From the NCBI GenBank assembly GCA_028866275.1, contig JAGWIK010000008.1:10707-74706 (forward strand): 64,000 nucleotides of DNA, in the 5' to 3' direction. Shown piece by piece: positions 37,979-47,648 of this stretch. Within the stretch, counting starts at the first letter, position 1. Every line of letters begins with the position of its first letter. Source of the stretch: Alphaproteobacteria bacterium. Its GTDB lineage: Bacteria; Pseudomonadota; Alphaproteobacteria; UBA9219. The notes under the pieces were generated by a model that saw only the letters and a program-made list of their open reading frames with translations, had not been told where the DNA came from and made no database searches. The position numbers and the translations under genes are program-made.

Positions 37979-39055
37979 ATGTCGCGATCCGGTTGGCGCA
38001 CAATAGGAGTGGGCGGCGCGCTGTTGATGTTGGCGGTTGCGATTGTGTGGATGCGTGCACCGTCGTCCGTCGTGCCTGCGTCCAGTGAAGCCGCGGCAAC
38101 GCGGGAGTTCGTCGTCGCAACGCAAAAAATAACCGATGAAAAAGCAGTCTTCGCTACAGTTGAAAGCGCCAATACCGTGTTTGCACGCGCGCGCATCGGC
38201 GGTACGATTGCGGCATTAAAGGTCAGGCAGGGTGACCATGTAGCGCAGGGGCAGATTATCGCCGTGGTCGGCGACCGCAAGCTGGGGCTGCAGATTCAGG
38301 CCCAGGGCGCGCAGGTGCAGGCCGCCAAATCCGAAATGGATAAGGCGCAACGCGATCTGGCTCGCGGGCAAGCGTTGGCCAAGGATGGTTTTGTCACCAA
38401 GGCGCGACTGGATCAATTGCAGGCGGTTTATGACGTCGCCGTCAATACTTTTAAGTCCTTATCGGCGCAACAATCGGTGACTGAGCAGCAGCAAAATGAG
38501 GGCGAGGTTCTGGCTCCCACATCGGGACGCATTCTGACCGTGCCGGTGACGGCAGGAACCGTAGTCATGCCGGGCGAAATAGTTGCGACTATGGCCGAGC
38601 AGAATTATATCCTGCGTCTAAGCGTTCCCGAACGCCACGCCGTTTTTATCAGGCAAGGTGACGCAGTGCGCGTTGATACCGCCGATTTGCAGGTATCGCC
38701 TTCGTTTTCACGATCTTCATCGTCTTCGGACGACAATGGAACGATTACACTAGTCTATCCTAAAGTCGTCGATGGGCGGGTCGAAGCTGACGCCACGATT
38801 GAAGGGTTGGGTGATTATTTTGTTGGCCAGCGCGTGCGCGTCTGGATTCCGGTGGGCGAACGCGAAACCATCGTCGTTCCTGTTGATTACCTGATAACGC
38901 GCGACGGTATCGACTATGCCCGTCTTGAAATCAAGGGCGGGCAAACCATAGACGTTCCGGTACAGCGTGGCGACGCCGCGCCACCGGATGATATGAAGGA
39001 CGGCATTGAAATTCTGACCGGTCTGAAACCCGGCGATGTTCTGGTGCGCCCATGA
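37979..39055 (+). CDS. RND periplasmic adaptor (MFP)
   Basis: N-terminal TM, lipoyl half-motifs ARIGGTI..L.V..GD.V..GQ and VLAPTSG, C-terminal EILTGLKPGD. Confidence 0.9.
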   Translation: MSRSGWRTIGVGGALLMLAVAIVWMRAPSSVVPASSEAAATREFVVATQKITDEKAVFATVESANTVFARARIGGTIAALKVRQGDHVAQGQIIAVVGDRKLGLQIQAQGAQVQAAKSEMDKAQRDLARGQALAKDGFVTKARLDQLQAVYDVAVNTFKSLSAQQSVTEQQQNEGEVLAPTSGRILTVPVTAGTVVMPGEIVATMAEQNYILRLSVPERHAVFIRQGDAVRVDTADLQVSPSFSRSSSSSDDNGTITLVYPKVVDGRVEADATIEGLGDYFVGQRVRVWIPVGERETIVVPVDYLITRDGIDYARLEIKGGQTIDVPVQRGDAAPPDDMKDGIEILTGLKPGDVLVRP

Positions 39056-42000
39056 CCCCGGAATCGCCTTTGGGGATGCGTCTCGGCCTGTCTGGCTTAT
39101 TAACGCGTGCCACCATTCGGTCGCCGCTGACACCGTTGTTCTTGATCGCGGCGTTTATTTTCGGCCTCATCGCGTTGAGCGTCATTCCACGCGAGGAAGA
39201 GCCGCAGATTAGTGTGCCGATGGTAGACATTCTGGTGTCGGCCAACGGGCTGAAGGCGCCAGATGCCGCCGAGCTGGTTACCAAGCCGCTTGAGGAGATC
39301 GTCAAGAGCATCAACGGCGTCGATCATGTCTATAGCGAAACGCAGGATGATCGCGTCATGGTTACCGCGCGTTTCAAGGTCGGCACCAATGAAGATGATG
39401 CCGTCGTGCGCGTCAACGAAAAGATCCGCGCCAATTACGATCGTATTCCGTTGGGCATTCCCAAACCATTAATTATCAAGCACGGCATCAACGACGTTGC
39501 CACGGTGGTGTTGACTTTATCGCCTAGGCCCGACGCTGCCGGTCGGTGGAGCGACCCCGGCCTTGTTGAATTGGCGCGCAAGGTGCAAACCGATATGATG
39601 AAGGTGAACAATATCGGGCTGACCTATATCGTCGGCGGGGCTGGGCATGAAATCAGCGTTGAACCTGATCCGGAAAAGCTTAATCTTTATGGCGTGACGT
39701 TGGAGCAGGTCGCAGCCAAGTTGCGCGGTGCGAACAGGTCTTTTCTGGCCGGTTATGTGCGTGCCGACGGCCATATGATGCAGGTTGCGGCGGGGCAGAC
39801 CTTGTCTGGCGTTCCAGATATAGGGCTGTTGCTAATCACCACGCGCGACGGTCGCCCGGTTTATCTGCGCGACGTCGCCGCGGTGCGGTTCGACGACAGC
39901 ACGGCGGAACGCCATGTCTGGAATATCGAACCAGGTGCGGGAAAAAACTGGGTCGCGGTGCCTGCCGTTAGCATCGCGCTGGCCAAACGGGCGGGGGCCA
40001 ATGCCGTTGTCGTGGCGCACGACATCTTGCACCGGCTTCAAGTCGAGCGCGGTTCTATCATTCCCGCGGATATCCGTGTCGATGTTACCCGTAATTACGG
40101 TCAGACCGCCAATGACAAGGCGAATGAGCTTTTGTTCCATTTGGGGCTTGCCACGGTTTCCATCGTTATCCTGATTTGGTTTGCCATTGGGCGGCGCGAA
40201 GCGGCGGTTACCGCGGTGGTTATTCCGACTACAATTCTTTTGACTTTATTTGCGTCGAACCTGATGGGCTATACTATCAACCGCGTCAGCCTGTTTGCAT
40301 TGATTTTCTCCATCGGCATTTTGGTCGACGACGCCATCGTCGTTATCGAAAACATCGCACGCCATTGGGCCATGAACGACGGGCGCAGCCGCATGCAGGC
40401 CGCGATTGAGGCCGTGGCCGAAGTCGGAAATCCCACTATCGTGGCAACCCTAACCGTCATCGCAGCCCTCCTGCCGATGATGTTCGTGTCGGGTATGATG
40501 GGGCCCTATATGGCTCCGATCCCGGCTAACGCATCTGCCGCGATGCTGTTTTCCTTCTTCGTCGCCATGACCATCGCGCCGTGGCTGCTGTTAAAGCTGG
40601 CCAAAAATCATGCAGTGGCTGCCAGTGAAGCCGACCAAGACCACAAACTGGGGCGGCTGTATCGCCGTTTTGCCGAACCTATCGTGCGTTCGCGTCGAAG
40701 TGCCAAGCGGTTTCTGGTCATCGTTGGAATTGCAACGGTTCTGGCCTGTGGATTATTCGCGACGCGCAGCGTGACTGTCAAATTGCTGCCTTTTGACAAC
40801 AAGTCTGAACTTGATGTTCTGGTGGATTTATCCGCGGGCGCGAGCGTCGAGGAGACGGGCCGAGCGTTGTTCGAGGCCGCGCGCGCCGTTGAAACCGTGC
40901 CGGAAGTTCGTTTGATGCAGGTCTATGCCGGTACGGCGGCGCCGTTCAATTTCAATGGGCTCGTCCGCCATTATTATATGCGGCATTCGCCCGAACTGGG
41001 TGAGCTGGAAATCGAATTATCCGACAAGGCCGACAGGTCACGCAGCAGCCACCAGATAGCCATTGAGATTCGCAACAGGCTCAAGATGTTGAACCTGCCT
41101 GTAGGCAGCGTGACCAAAGTTGTCGAAGTGCCGCCTGGCCCGCCCGTGCTGTCAACTCTGTTGGCGGAGATTTATGGCCCCGATAGCAAGACGCGGCGCG
41201 CGGTGGCCGAGGAAGTGAAGAAAATTTTTCATCAGGTTCCTTATATCGTGGATATTGACGATTCCTACGGCCATCCGCGTCCGCGTCTGCGGTTGGGGCT
41301 TGATGAAGATCAGTTAGAATATTTCGGTGTCGAACAGCGCGACGTTTATGACACAATCGGCAAGTTGTTGGGGGGTGTATCGGTCGGCTATTCGCAGCGC
41401 GGGGAAAATCGTGACCCGATCGAAATTGTTATGCACTTGCCCAAATCGTCTTTGGTGTGGACGCGGAAGCTGGCCGCGACCCCTGTGCCTGCCGACGCCA
41501 TCCCAGGCAACCGCGGCGTCGTCGATCTGGGCGATGTCGTGCATGTGGCCAAGGAACAGGGCACGCCGGTGATTTTCCGTCGCGACGGCTACTATGTCGA
41601 TATGGTCACGGCCGAATTGGCTGGCGCCTATGAGGCGCCGATTTACGGCATGCTTGACGTCGACAGGCTGATCGATAGCCATAATTGGGGCAAACTGCCC
41701 AAGCCGATGATTGCCTTTCACGGCCAACCACAGGATGAAACCCATCCGACCCTGCTGTGGGATGGCGAATGGGAAGTTACCTATGTAACTTTCCGCGACA
41801 TGGGGGCGGCCTTTGCCGTCGCCATTCTGGGCATTTATGTTCTGGTCGTGGCGCAATTCAAGAGCTTTAAATTACCGTTGGTCATCCTGACACCGGTGCC
41901 GCTGACCTTGATCGGTATTATCTTTGGCCATTGGCTGTTTGGTGCACCTTTTACCGCGACGTCGATGATCGGGTTTATCGCGTTGGCCGGCATTATCGTA

Positions 42001-42288
42001 CGCAACTCTATTCTTTTGGTCGACTTCATTCGTCATGGCGCGGGACAGGGCAAGACGTTGCGCGAAATTTTGCTCGACGCTGGGGCAATACGATTTCGCC
42101 CTATTTTATTGACAGCGCTGGCGGCAATGATCGGTGCGGCGACGATTCTGTCCGACCCTATTTTCCAAGGGCTGGCGATTTCATTATTGTTCGGGCTGGC
42201 ATCGTCGACGCTGTTGACCGTTCTTGTCATTCCCGCCATTTATGTCGTGCTGAAAGACGCTGACGCAGTTCCGGAGAAATGCGCATGA
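39052..42288 (+). CDS. RND efflux permease (AcrB-like; PREEEPQI subfamily)
   Basis: PREEEPQI, GILVDDAIVVIENI, GIIVRNSILLVDF, RFRPILLT. Confidence 0.95.
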   Translation: MTPESPLGMRLGLSGLLTRATIRSPLTPLFLIAAFIFGLIALSVIPREEEPQISVPMVDILVSANGLKAPDAAELVTKPLEEIVKSINGVDHVYSETQDDRVMVTARFKVGTNEDDAVVRVNEKIRANYDRIPLGIPKPLIIKHGINDVATVVLTLSPRPDAAGRWSDPGLVELARKVQTDMMKVNNIGLTYIVGGAGHEISVEPDPEKLNLYGVTLEQVAAKLRGANRSFLAGYVRADGHMMQVAAGQTLSGVPDIGLLLITTRDGRPVYLRDVAAVRFDDSTAERHVWNIEPGAGKNWVAVPAVSIALAKRAGANAVVVAHDILHRLQVERGSIIPADIRVDVTRNYGQTANDKANELLFHLGLATVSIVILIWFAIGRREAAVTAVVIPTTILLTLFASNLMGYTINRVSLFALIFSIGILVDDAIVVIENIARHWAMNDGRSRMQAAIEAVAEVGNPTIVATLTVIAALLPMMFVSGMMGPYMAPIPANASAAMLFSFFVAMTIAPWLLLKLAKNHAVAASEADQDHKLGRLYRRFAEPIVRSRRSAKRFLVIVGIATVLACGLFATRSVTVKLLPFDNKSELDVLVDLSAGASVEETGRALFEAARAVETVPEVRLMQVYAGTAAPFNFNGLVRHYYMRHSPELGELEIELSDKADRSRSSHQIAIEIRNRLKMLNLPVGSVTKVVEVPPGPPVLSTLLAEIYGPDSKTRRAVAEEVKKIFHQVPYIVDIDDSYGHPRPRLRLGLDEDQLEYFGVEQRDVYDTIGKLLGGVSVGYSQRGENRDPIEIVMHLPKSSLVWTRKLAATPVPADAIPGNRGVVDLGDVVHVAKEQGTPVIFRRDGYYVDMVTAELAGAYEAPIYGMLDVDRLIDSHNWGKLPKPMIAFHGQPQDETHPTLLWDGEWEVTYVTFRDMGAAFAVAILGIYVLVVAQFKSFKLPLVILTPVPLTLIGIIFGHWLFGAPFTATSMIGFIALAGIIVRNSILLVDFIRHGAGQGKTLREILLDAGAIRFRPILLTALAAMIGAATILSDPIFQGLAISLLFGLASSTLLTVLVIPAIYVVLKDADAVPEKCA

Positions 42289-43601
42289 AGAAGACACTTC
42301 TTTCTTGGGTTGTCTGCGCGACGTTGCTGATCTCCGTTGCCGTGGCGCGAGCCGATACGCTGGAGCAGGCCATGGTCAAGGCGTACCGCGCCAATCCGGG
42401 GCTAGAGGCGCAGCGCGCGCAATTTCGCGCCGACTGTGAACAAATCGATCAAGCCGAAGGCGGATGGCAACCGCGCATCAACGGCATTACGTCGGTCGGG
42501 AAATTATATACCTATACGCCCAATAATGCATTTCTGCCGCCGACGGGAGCGCATACGTCGCGGGCCGTGGGCGTCGAGATTGTCCAGCCGATCTTTCGTG
42601 GCTTTCGCACCGAGAATGGCATTGACGCGGCGGAAAAGAAGGTTTTGGGCAGCCAGGCCAAGCTGCAGGCCGCCGAACAGCAATTGCTGTTCAATGTCGG
42701 CAAAACCTATTTGAATCTATTGCGCGACCGCGCCGTCGTCGATTTATATCGCCACAACGAAGTAGAATTGACGGCGCGCGCTGCCGAAGCGCGCAAACGC
42801 TTTGCTGTTGGCGATGCGACGCGCACCGACGTGTTGCAGGCCGAGGCACGGCTGCAAGGGGTAAAGACCAGTTTGACTGAGGCGCAGGGGCGCATGGAAA
42901 ATGATGGCGCCGCCTATCTGCGCTATGTTGGCGATCCGCCCGCTGATTTGCAGGAACCGAAAATGCATTTTGATCTGCCCCAATCTGCTGAAGATGCCAT
43001 CGACGATGCCGTGAAGCACAACCCCGCCGTGGTTGCTGCGGCCTATGGCGAAGACGCGGCGTTAGCCGATGTCGATGTCAGCGAAGGCGCTTTGTTGCCC
43101 GAAATCGATGTTGTTGGCAGCGCGTCACGAGCGTGGGCGCAAAGCGATTTTATTCCAGGCATGCAGGATACAACAGCGGTGATGTTGCGGATGACTATAC
43201 CGTTGTACAATGCGGGGGTTGAATATTCGCAAACTCGTGCTGCTGAACAAACGGCGACGGCCAAGCATATGGAATTGGCGGATATGCGGCTGGCGGCCCG
43301 GCAAGCGACGGTTGAGGCGTGGGATTCCCTGCAAACTGCCAAGGCGGCGGAGCTGTCCAGCCAAGCGCAGGTTGACACCGACGCCAGGGCGCTCGACGGC
43401 GTCAAAAAAGAAGCCAGCGTCGGCACGCGCACGGTTCTTGACATTTTGAATGCCGAACAGGAATTGCTGGCGGCCAAGGTCAATCTTGTGCAGGCGCGGT
43501 ACGACGGAGCGCTTGCTTCACTGCAAATCGAAGCGGCGATCGGCAGGTTGACGGCCGACGGGTTGCACCTGCCAGTCGACTTGCAAGGTGACAGCAACTA
43601 A
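42285..43601 (+). CDS. TolC family outer-membrane channel
   Basis: signal peptide, TLEQAMVKAY..NP, GDATRTDVLQAEAR, VGTRTVLDILNAEQE. Confidence 0.92.
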   Translation: MKKTLLSWVVCATLLISVAVARADTLEQAMVKAYRANPGLEAQRAQFRADCEQIDQAEGGWQPRINGITSVGKLYTYTPNNAFLPPTGAHTSRAVGVEIVQPIFRGFRTENGIDAAEKKVLGSQAKLQAAEQQLLFNVGKTYLNLLRDRAVVDLYRHNEVELTARAAEARKRFAVGDATRTDVLQAEARLQGVKTSLTEAQGRMENDGAAYLRYVGDPPADLQEPKMHFDLPQSAEDAIDDAVKHNPAVVAAAYGEDAALADVDVSEGALLPEIDVVGSASRAWAQSDFIPGMQDTTAVMLRMTIPLYNAGVEYSQTRAAEQTATAKHMELADMRLAARQATVEAWDSLQTAKAAELSSQAQVDTDARALDGVKKEASVGTRTVLDILNAEQELLAAKVNLVQARYDGALASLQIEAAIGRLTADGLHLPVDLQGDSN

Positions 43602-43745
43602 TCGCGTCCGCAAGCCAATAGGGTGAGTAAGGCATTTTCTGGTTGCGTAATCCGGCGCTGGATCCACAGTGCTTCCAAATATTAAAATGGGGATGCAAGA
43701 AAAAATGGCCCCGAACGGGCTGTTTAACTGATATAATAAGTAAGT

Positions 43746-43767
43746 TTGGTTGCGGGGGCGCGATTTG
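43746..43767 (-). repeat. distal att site: duplicate of the tRNA-fMet 3' end
   Basis: TTGGTTGCGGGGGCgcGATTTG versus TTGGTTGCGGGGGCcaGATTTG at 48862-48883 (20/22 identical, same orientation). Confidence 0.85.
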
Positions 43768-44264
43768 GTTCAAATATTAACCCGCCGCTGCTCGTGCCAC
43801 TAGTCTACGAAGGCCAGCGGCTTAAGGCAAGCCCCATGCAGGCCGCCATCCCCGATTGCCCTGTGCCTGCCGGACAGCCAGCCGAACAGGCTGCGCAACC
43901 GATAGCAGCCTAGCCAAGCCCATAGCGCCCCTTGGCTGTGCCTTGGCAGGGCTTATAGCGGATGCTCTTTGACCGCCCGCCGCCACAAAAAGGGTGATCT
44001 CCCTAAACATCGGGGCGACACCCACGGCGAGACACCCTTAAATTAGGGTGGTAAGGGGTGCAGGCGTGGCCAAGCGTATGTATAATGCTCCAATGGTCGA
44101 GGCAGCAATTTTCTGCTAACAATGATGCATAAAAAGCTCACAACCATAGCTGTAAAGCCTTGGTTAACAAATCATTGCTAAAATTATTGGCGGCCTAAGT
44201 TTTGCTGTGTGTATAGTACGCTGTACCCAGCCACACCATCAACCCAGTTGCCTGAGGGGCAGTC

Positions 44265-45245
44265 ATGACAAGCGGCAAATTATTAAGACAACTGGTAAAA
44301 GCGGCAGCAGAAGGCAACCCAAGGTCGCTCGAAGATGCCATATCGCAGGTCGTGCATGAAGAACGGGACAAGCAGCACCACTTGTTGGCGAATGACCTGG
44401 AGAGAATTCTCTACGGCATGGGGGGCAAGGCGGGAGATAATTTAAAGAACACCTATGGGGTCGTTCCTTCAGATAAAGAACGAGGACTCGATCTTCTGGA
44501 AATATTTGAACCTGCGCGTTCTTTGAATGATGTTATTTTGTCTGAACAAAATAAAAAAATTGTAGACAGGGTAATAGTTGAGAACAATCAACGCGCTTTA
44601 CTTAAAAGCTTCGGTCTGAAACCTGCACAAAAAATTCTATTCTATGGCCCCCCAGGCTGCGGCAAGACTGTAACCGCAGAAGCGATGGCTTCCGACCTAA
44701 GCCTCCCTCTCGTTCTTGTAAGGATTGACAGCGTTATTTCCTCTTATCTGGGCGAGACGGCGGCCAATCTGCGTCGTGTGTTTGAGTTTATTCGAGGGCA
44801 GACCTATGTGGTGCTTTTCGACGAATTCGATTCCTTGGCCAAAGAACGCTCCATAGCAGGAGATCACGGCGAACTGAAACGAGTGGTGAACGCATTTCTG
44901 CAAATGTTAGATGCTTATAAAGGCGATAGCATTCTTATTGCTGCTACCAATCATGAGGCGTTATTAGATAATGCTATATGGCGACGTTTTGATGAAATCA
45001 TCCCCTTTAAGTATCCGAGCAAAGCCCAAATTAAAGAACTGGTTTCCAAAAAGTTAAAGAGCGTTCGACGCGACTTTGATATGGATGACGCAAAACTTAT
45101 TGGCAGCCTTTCAAAGAAATCGCATGCTGATATCGAAAGGGTAATAATTCGCGCACTGAAGGACATGGTCTTAGGGGGGGGGCAATTTTTAACTTTGAAA
45201 CATTTAAATGAGGCAATAAAGTTAGATCAGTCTCGGAACGCATAA
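44265..45245 (+). CDS. AAA+ ATPase (IetA-like)
   Basis: Walker A GPPGCGKT, pore ISSYLGET, Walker B VLFDEFD, SRH AATN...AIWRRFD. Confidence 0.92.
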   Translation: MTSGKLLRQLVKAAAEGNPRSLEDAISQVVHEERDKQHHLLANDLERILYGMGGKAGDNLKNTYGVVPSDKERGLDLLEIFEPARSLNDVILSEQNKKIVDRVIVENNQRALLKSFGLKPAQKILFYGPPGCGKTVTAEAMASDLSLPLVLVRIDSVISSYLGETAANLRRVFEFIRGQTYVVLFDEFDSLAKERSIAGDHGELKRVVNAFLQMLDAYKGDSILIAATNHEALLDNAIWRRFDEIIPFKYPSKAQIKELVSKKLKSVRRDFDMDDAKLIGSLSKKSHADIERVIIRALKDMVLGGGQFLTLKHLNEAIKLDQSRNA

Positions 45246-45260
45246 AGTCTTGGCTGGTCT

Positions 45261-47633
45261 ATGGCAGAACATATACGTTTGACGCGGGAACAGCGCGGAA
45301 GCACAAGACGTCCTTCATCTAGGCGTCCCAGAGGGATACGCCCCCCTGAAGATATAGTGAGCTTTTGCCAGAGGACAGAACAAATCATTCAAAGTTTCCG
45401 TAGCACTGCAACGGATCAAATCGATGGATACGATGTTCGGCGGTTAGTGAAGCTTGAACTCGACACCGGCCTATCAGTTGATGATATTGCAAAAATCGAC
45501 GGCATTGAGTTTGTCGATCAAGACGATGGGGGCGTTGTCATTGCCCTCGCGTCAGAAAACTCTCTTGCTGAGTTTGAAGCTAGGCTTTCTGCAATAGTCC
45601 GGCATGAAAAAGTTAAAGGGGCTGAGGTTATATATGCTCTGAAAGATATGACGTCTTGGGGAGAGGAAGACAGAAAAGGACCACGCCTAAAATCAGAGCG
45701 CATACCAGATAATGAGTTCTTGGTAGACGCGGAATTGTGGTCACTTGACGGGAAGGCTGCTGAAGTCACAAAGATGCGCTCAGCATTCGAAACGTGGGCG
45801 CAGCGTACGAATATTGATATCACTGATAAACTGGCAAGCGCTCCATATTATAGACTATCAGTTGATGCCAATAAACTGAGCTTGCTATTGAAGCATAGGG
45901 ATGTTCGCTTTGTTGACCTCCTTCCGAGGTACGGCATCTCCCCTTGCGATACCTCGGTAGACATACAAGATTTGACTGTCCAGTCATCGCTCACAAATAA
46001 TGCGGGCGTGCTGGCCATTTTGGATTCAGGGATAGCAAGCAACCATCCGCTTCTATCTTCCGCTGTGGGCGATGCGCAGTCGTTTATTCAGGGGGCTGAT
46101 GCACAAGATAGTCATGGCCACGGAACATGGGTTTCTGGGGTTGCCCTGTATGGAGATGTAAGAGCAGCAATTGAGGCGAGAACATTTGTTCCAAAAATCC
46201 GACTGCTGAGTGGCAAGGTTCTCGATGACTCTGCGGAATATGAAAGAAAAATCATACTCAATTCGGTTAAAGAAGCCGTCGAGTACTTTTCAAGCAACTA
46301 TGGCTGCAAGGTTTTTAATCTGTCTTTTGGCGATAATAAATTTCAATATAACGGAGGACGGTTGCAGGCTTTTGCCATCGGGCTAGACCAGCTAGCACGG
46401 AAACATGATGTTCTTTTTGTTGTATCGGCAGGCAATTTTGATATTGAGGGATTCGCGCATAATGCGAACAAGACGGTTGAGGAAGTTTACCCCAGTTGTT
46501 TGCTTGATTCAGAAGCCAAAGTTCTTGATCCCGGCTCAGCTGTAAACGCAGTTACAGTTGGTAGCATGGCTGAATACGATAGGCCGCCCATCTACGACGA
46601 TGAGGAGATAACAAAAACACCAATTTCTTCACGTCTCCATCCATCGCCATTCACACGATCTGGGCAATCTATTAAGGGGGCTATCAAACCAGATTTTGTA
46701 GATTATGGGGGCAATTACACTCGGCATCACGGCAGACAGAATCTGCATTTAACCGAGTTGGGGCAAATAACTTTTAATCAAGCATTTGCCACTGACGGCA
46801 GGCTTTTCAAATTGGTGAATGGGACAAGCTTTTCTGCTCCGAGAGTTTCTCATTTAGCGGCGCGACTGCATGGACTGATGCCGCAAGTCAGGGCAACCAC
46901 AATACGCGCTATCCTTGGTGTTCACGCATACCTTCCCCTAAATGAAGCGCAACAAGAAGCCTTGGTAACTGCGTTGGCGAACGGCGGAGATAGCCCTCAT
47001 CTAAGCCGCCTATATGGTTTTGGTCACGTGAGTGATGATTGGATTTTTACCTCTGGAGACGAAGCTGTAACGCTTTATGCCGAGGACAACATAAGCAACA
47101 ATGTAAATCACTTTTACGAGATACCTATTGTCGATGAATTTATTACAGGAAAGAAAAGAACGAGAAAATATACAATCGCTTTAGCTCATACCCCTGTTGT
47201 GAGGGCGTCACGTTTGGACTATATCGCAACAAGAATATTTTTCAGATTGAAGTTAGCTTCCTCACTTGATGAGGTTGCAGATATTTTTTCGAATAAAGAG
47301 AACGCCATTAGAGCAAACGAAAATGGAATTGGCAGCCCCGAATATAAGATCGGTCCGCAGATGAGGGATAGAAGCACCCTTCAGGTTTCGAGCTTTTCTT
47401 TCCAGCTTAATCCAAGGAAAATGCAGGGCAAGAAGCTTTATCTAGCAGTTGTAAGAAATGATCGTCCTTGGGCTAAAGGCGATCCGTTAGTCAAAGAGGA
47501 AGAGCCTTATTCGCTAGCTGTCCATTTCCAAGACCGAGAAGCTGAGCAGGCGAACTTATACAACGCCATTCAGGCAAGCCTGCAAGCCAAGATGCAAGGC
47601 CGCACACAAGGTAGGGTTCGCCACAACAGGTAA
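45261..47633 (+). CDS. cytoplasmic S8 (subtilisin-like) protease (IetS-like)
   Basis: triad ILDSG / HGHGTWVSG / GTSFSAP, oxyanion SAGN, KPDFVDYGGN; no signal peptide. Confidence 0.92.
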   Translation: MAEHIRLTREQRGSTRRPSSRRPRGIRPPEDIVSFCQRTEQIIQSFRSTATDQIDGYDVRRLVKLELDTGLSVDDIAKIDGIEFVDQDDGGVVIALASENSLAEFEARLSAIVRHEKVKGAEVIYALKDMTSWGEEDRKGPRLKSERIPDNEFLVDAELWSLDGKAAEVTKMRSAFETWAQRTNIDITDKLASAPYYRLSVDANKLSLLLKHRDVRFVDLLPRYGISPCDTSVDIQDLTVQSSLTNNAGVLAILDSGIASNHPLLSSAVGDAQSFIQGADAQDSHGHGTWVSGVALYGDVRAAIEARTFVPKIRLLSGKVLDDSAEYERKIILNSVKEAVEYFSSNYGCKVFNLSFGDNKFQYNGGRLQAFAIGLDQLARKHDVLFVVSAGNFDIEGFAHNANKTVEEVYPSCLLDSEAKVLDPGSAVNAVTVGSMAEYDRPPIYDDEEITKTPISSRLHPSPFTRSGQSIKGAIKPDFVDYGGNYTRHHGRQNLHLTELGQITFNQAFATDGRLFKLVNGTSFSAPRVSHLAARLHGLMPQVRATTIRAILGVHAYLPLNEAQQEALVTALANGGDSPHLSRLYGFGHVSDDWIFTSGDEAVTLYAEDNISNNVNHFYEIPIVDEFITGKKRTRKYTIALAHTPVVRASRLDYIATRIFFRLKLASSLDEVADIFSNKENAIRANENGIGSPEYKIGPQMRDRSTLQVSSFSFQLNPRKMQGKKLYLAVVRNDRPWAKGDPLVKEEEPYSLAVHFQDREAEQANLYNAIQASLQAKMQGRTQGRVRHNR

Positions 47634-47648
47634 GAGGCACCTGGCCGA

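Noticed and set aside
43822..44025. 67-aa minus-strand ORF in the island
   Set aside because: No RBS or family motif, and low-information composition.
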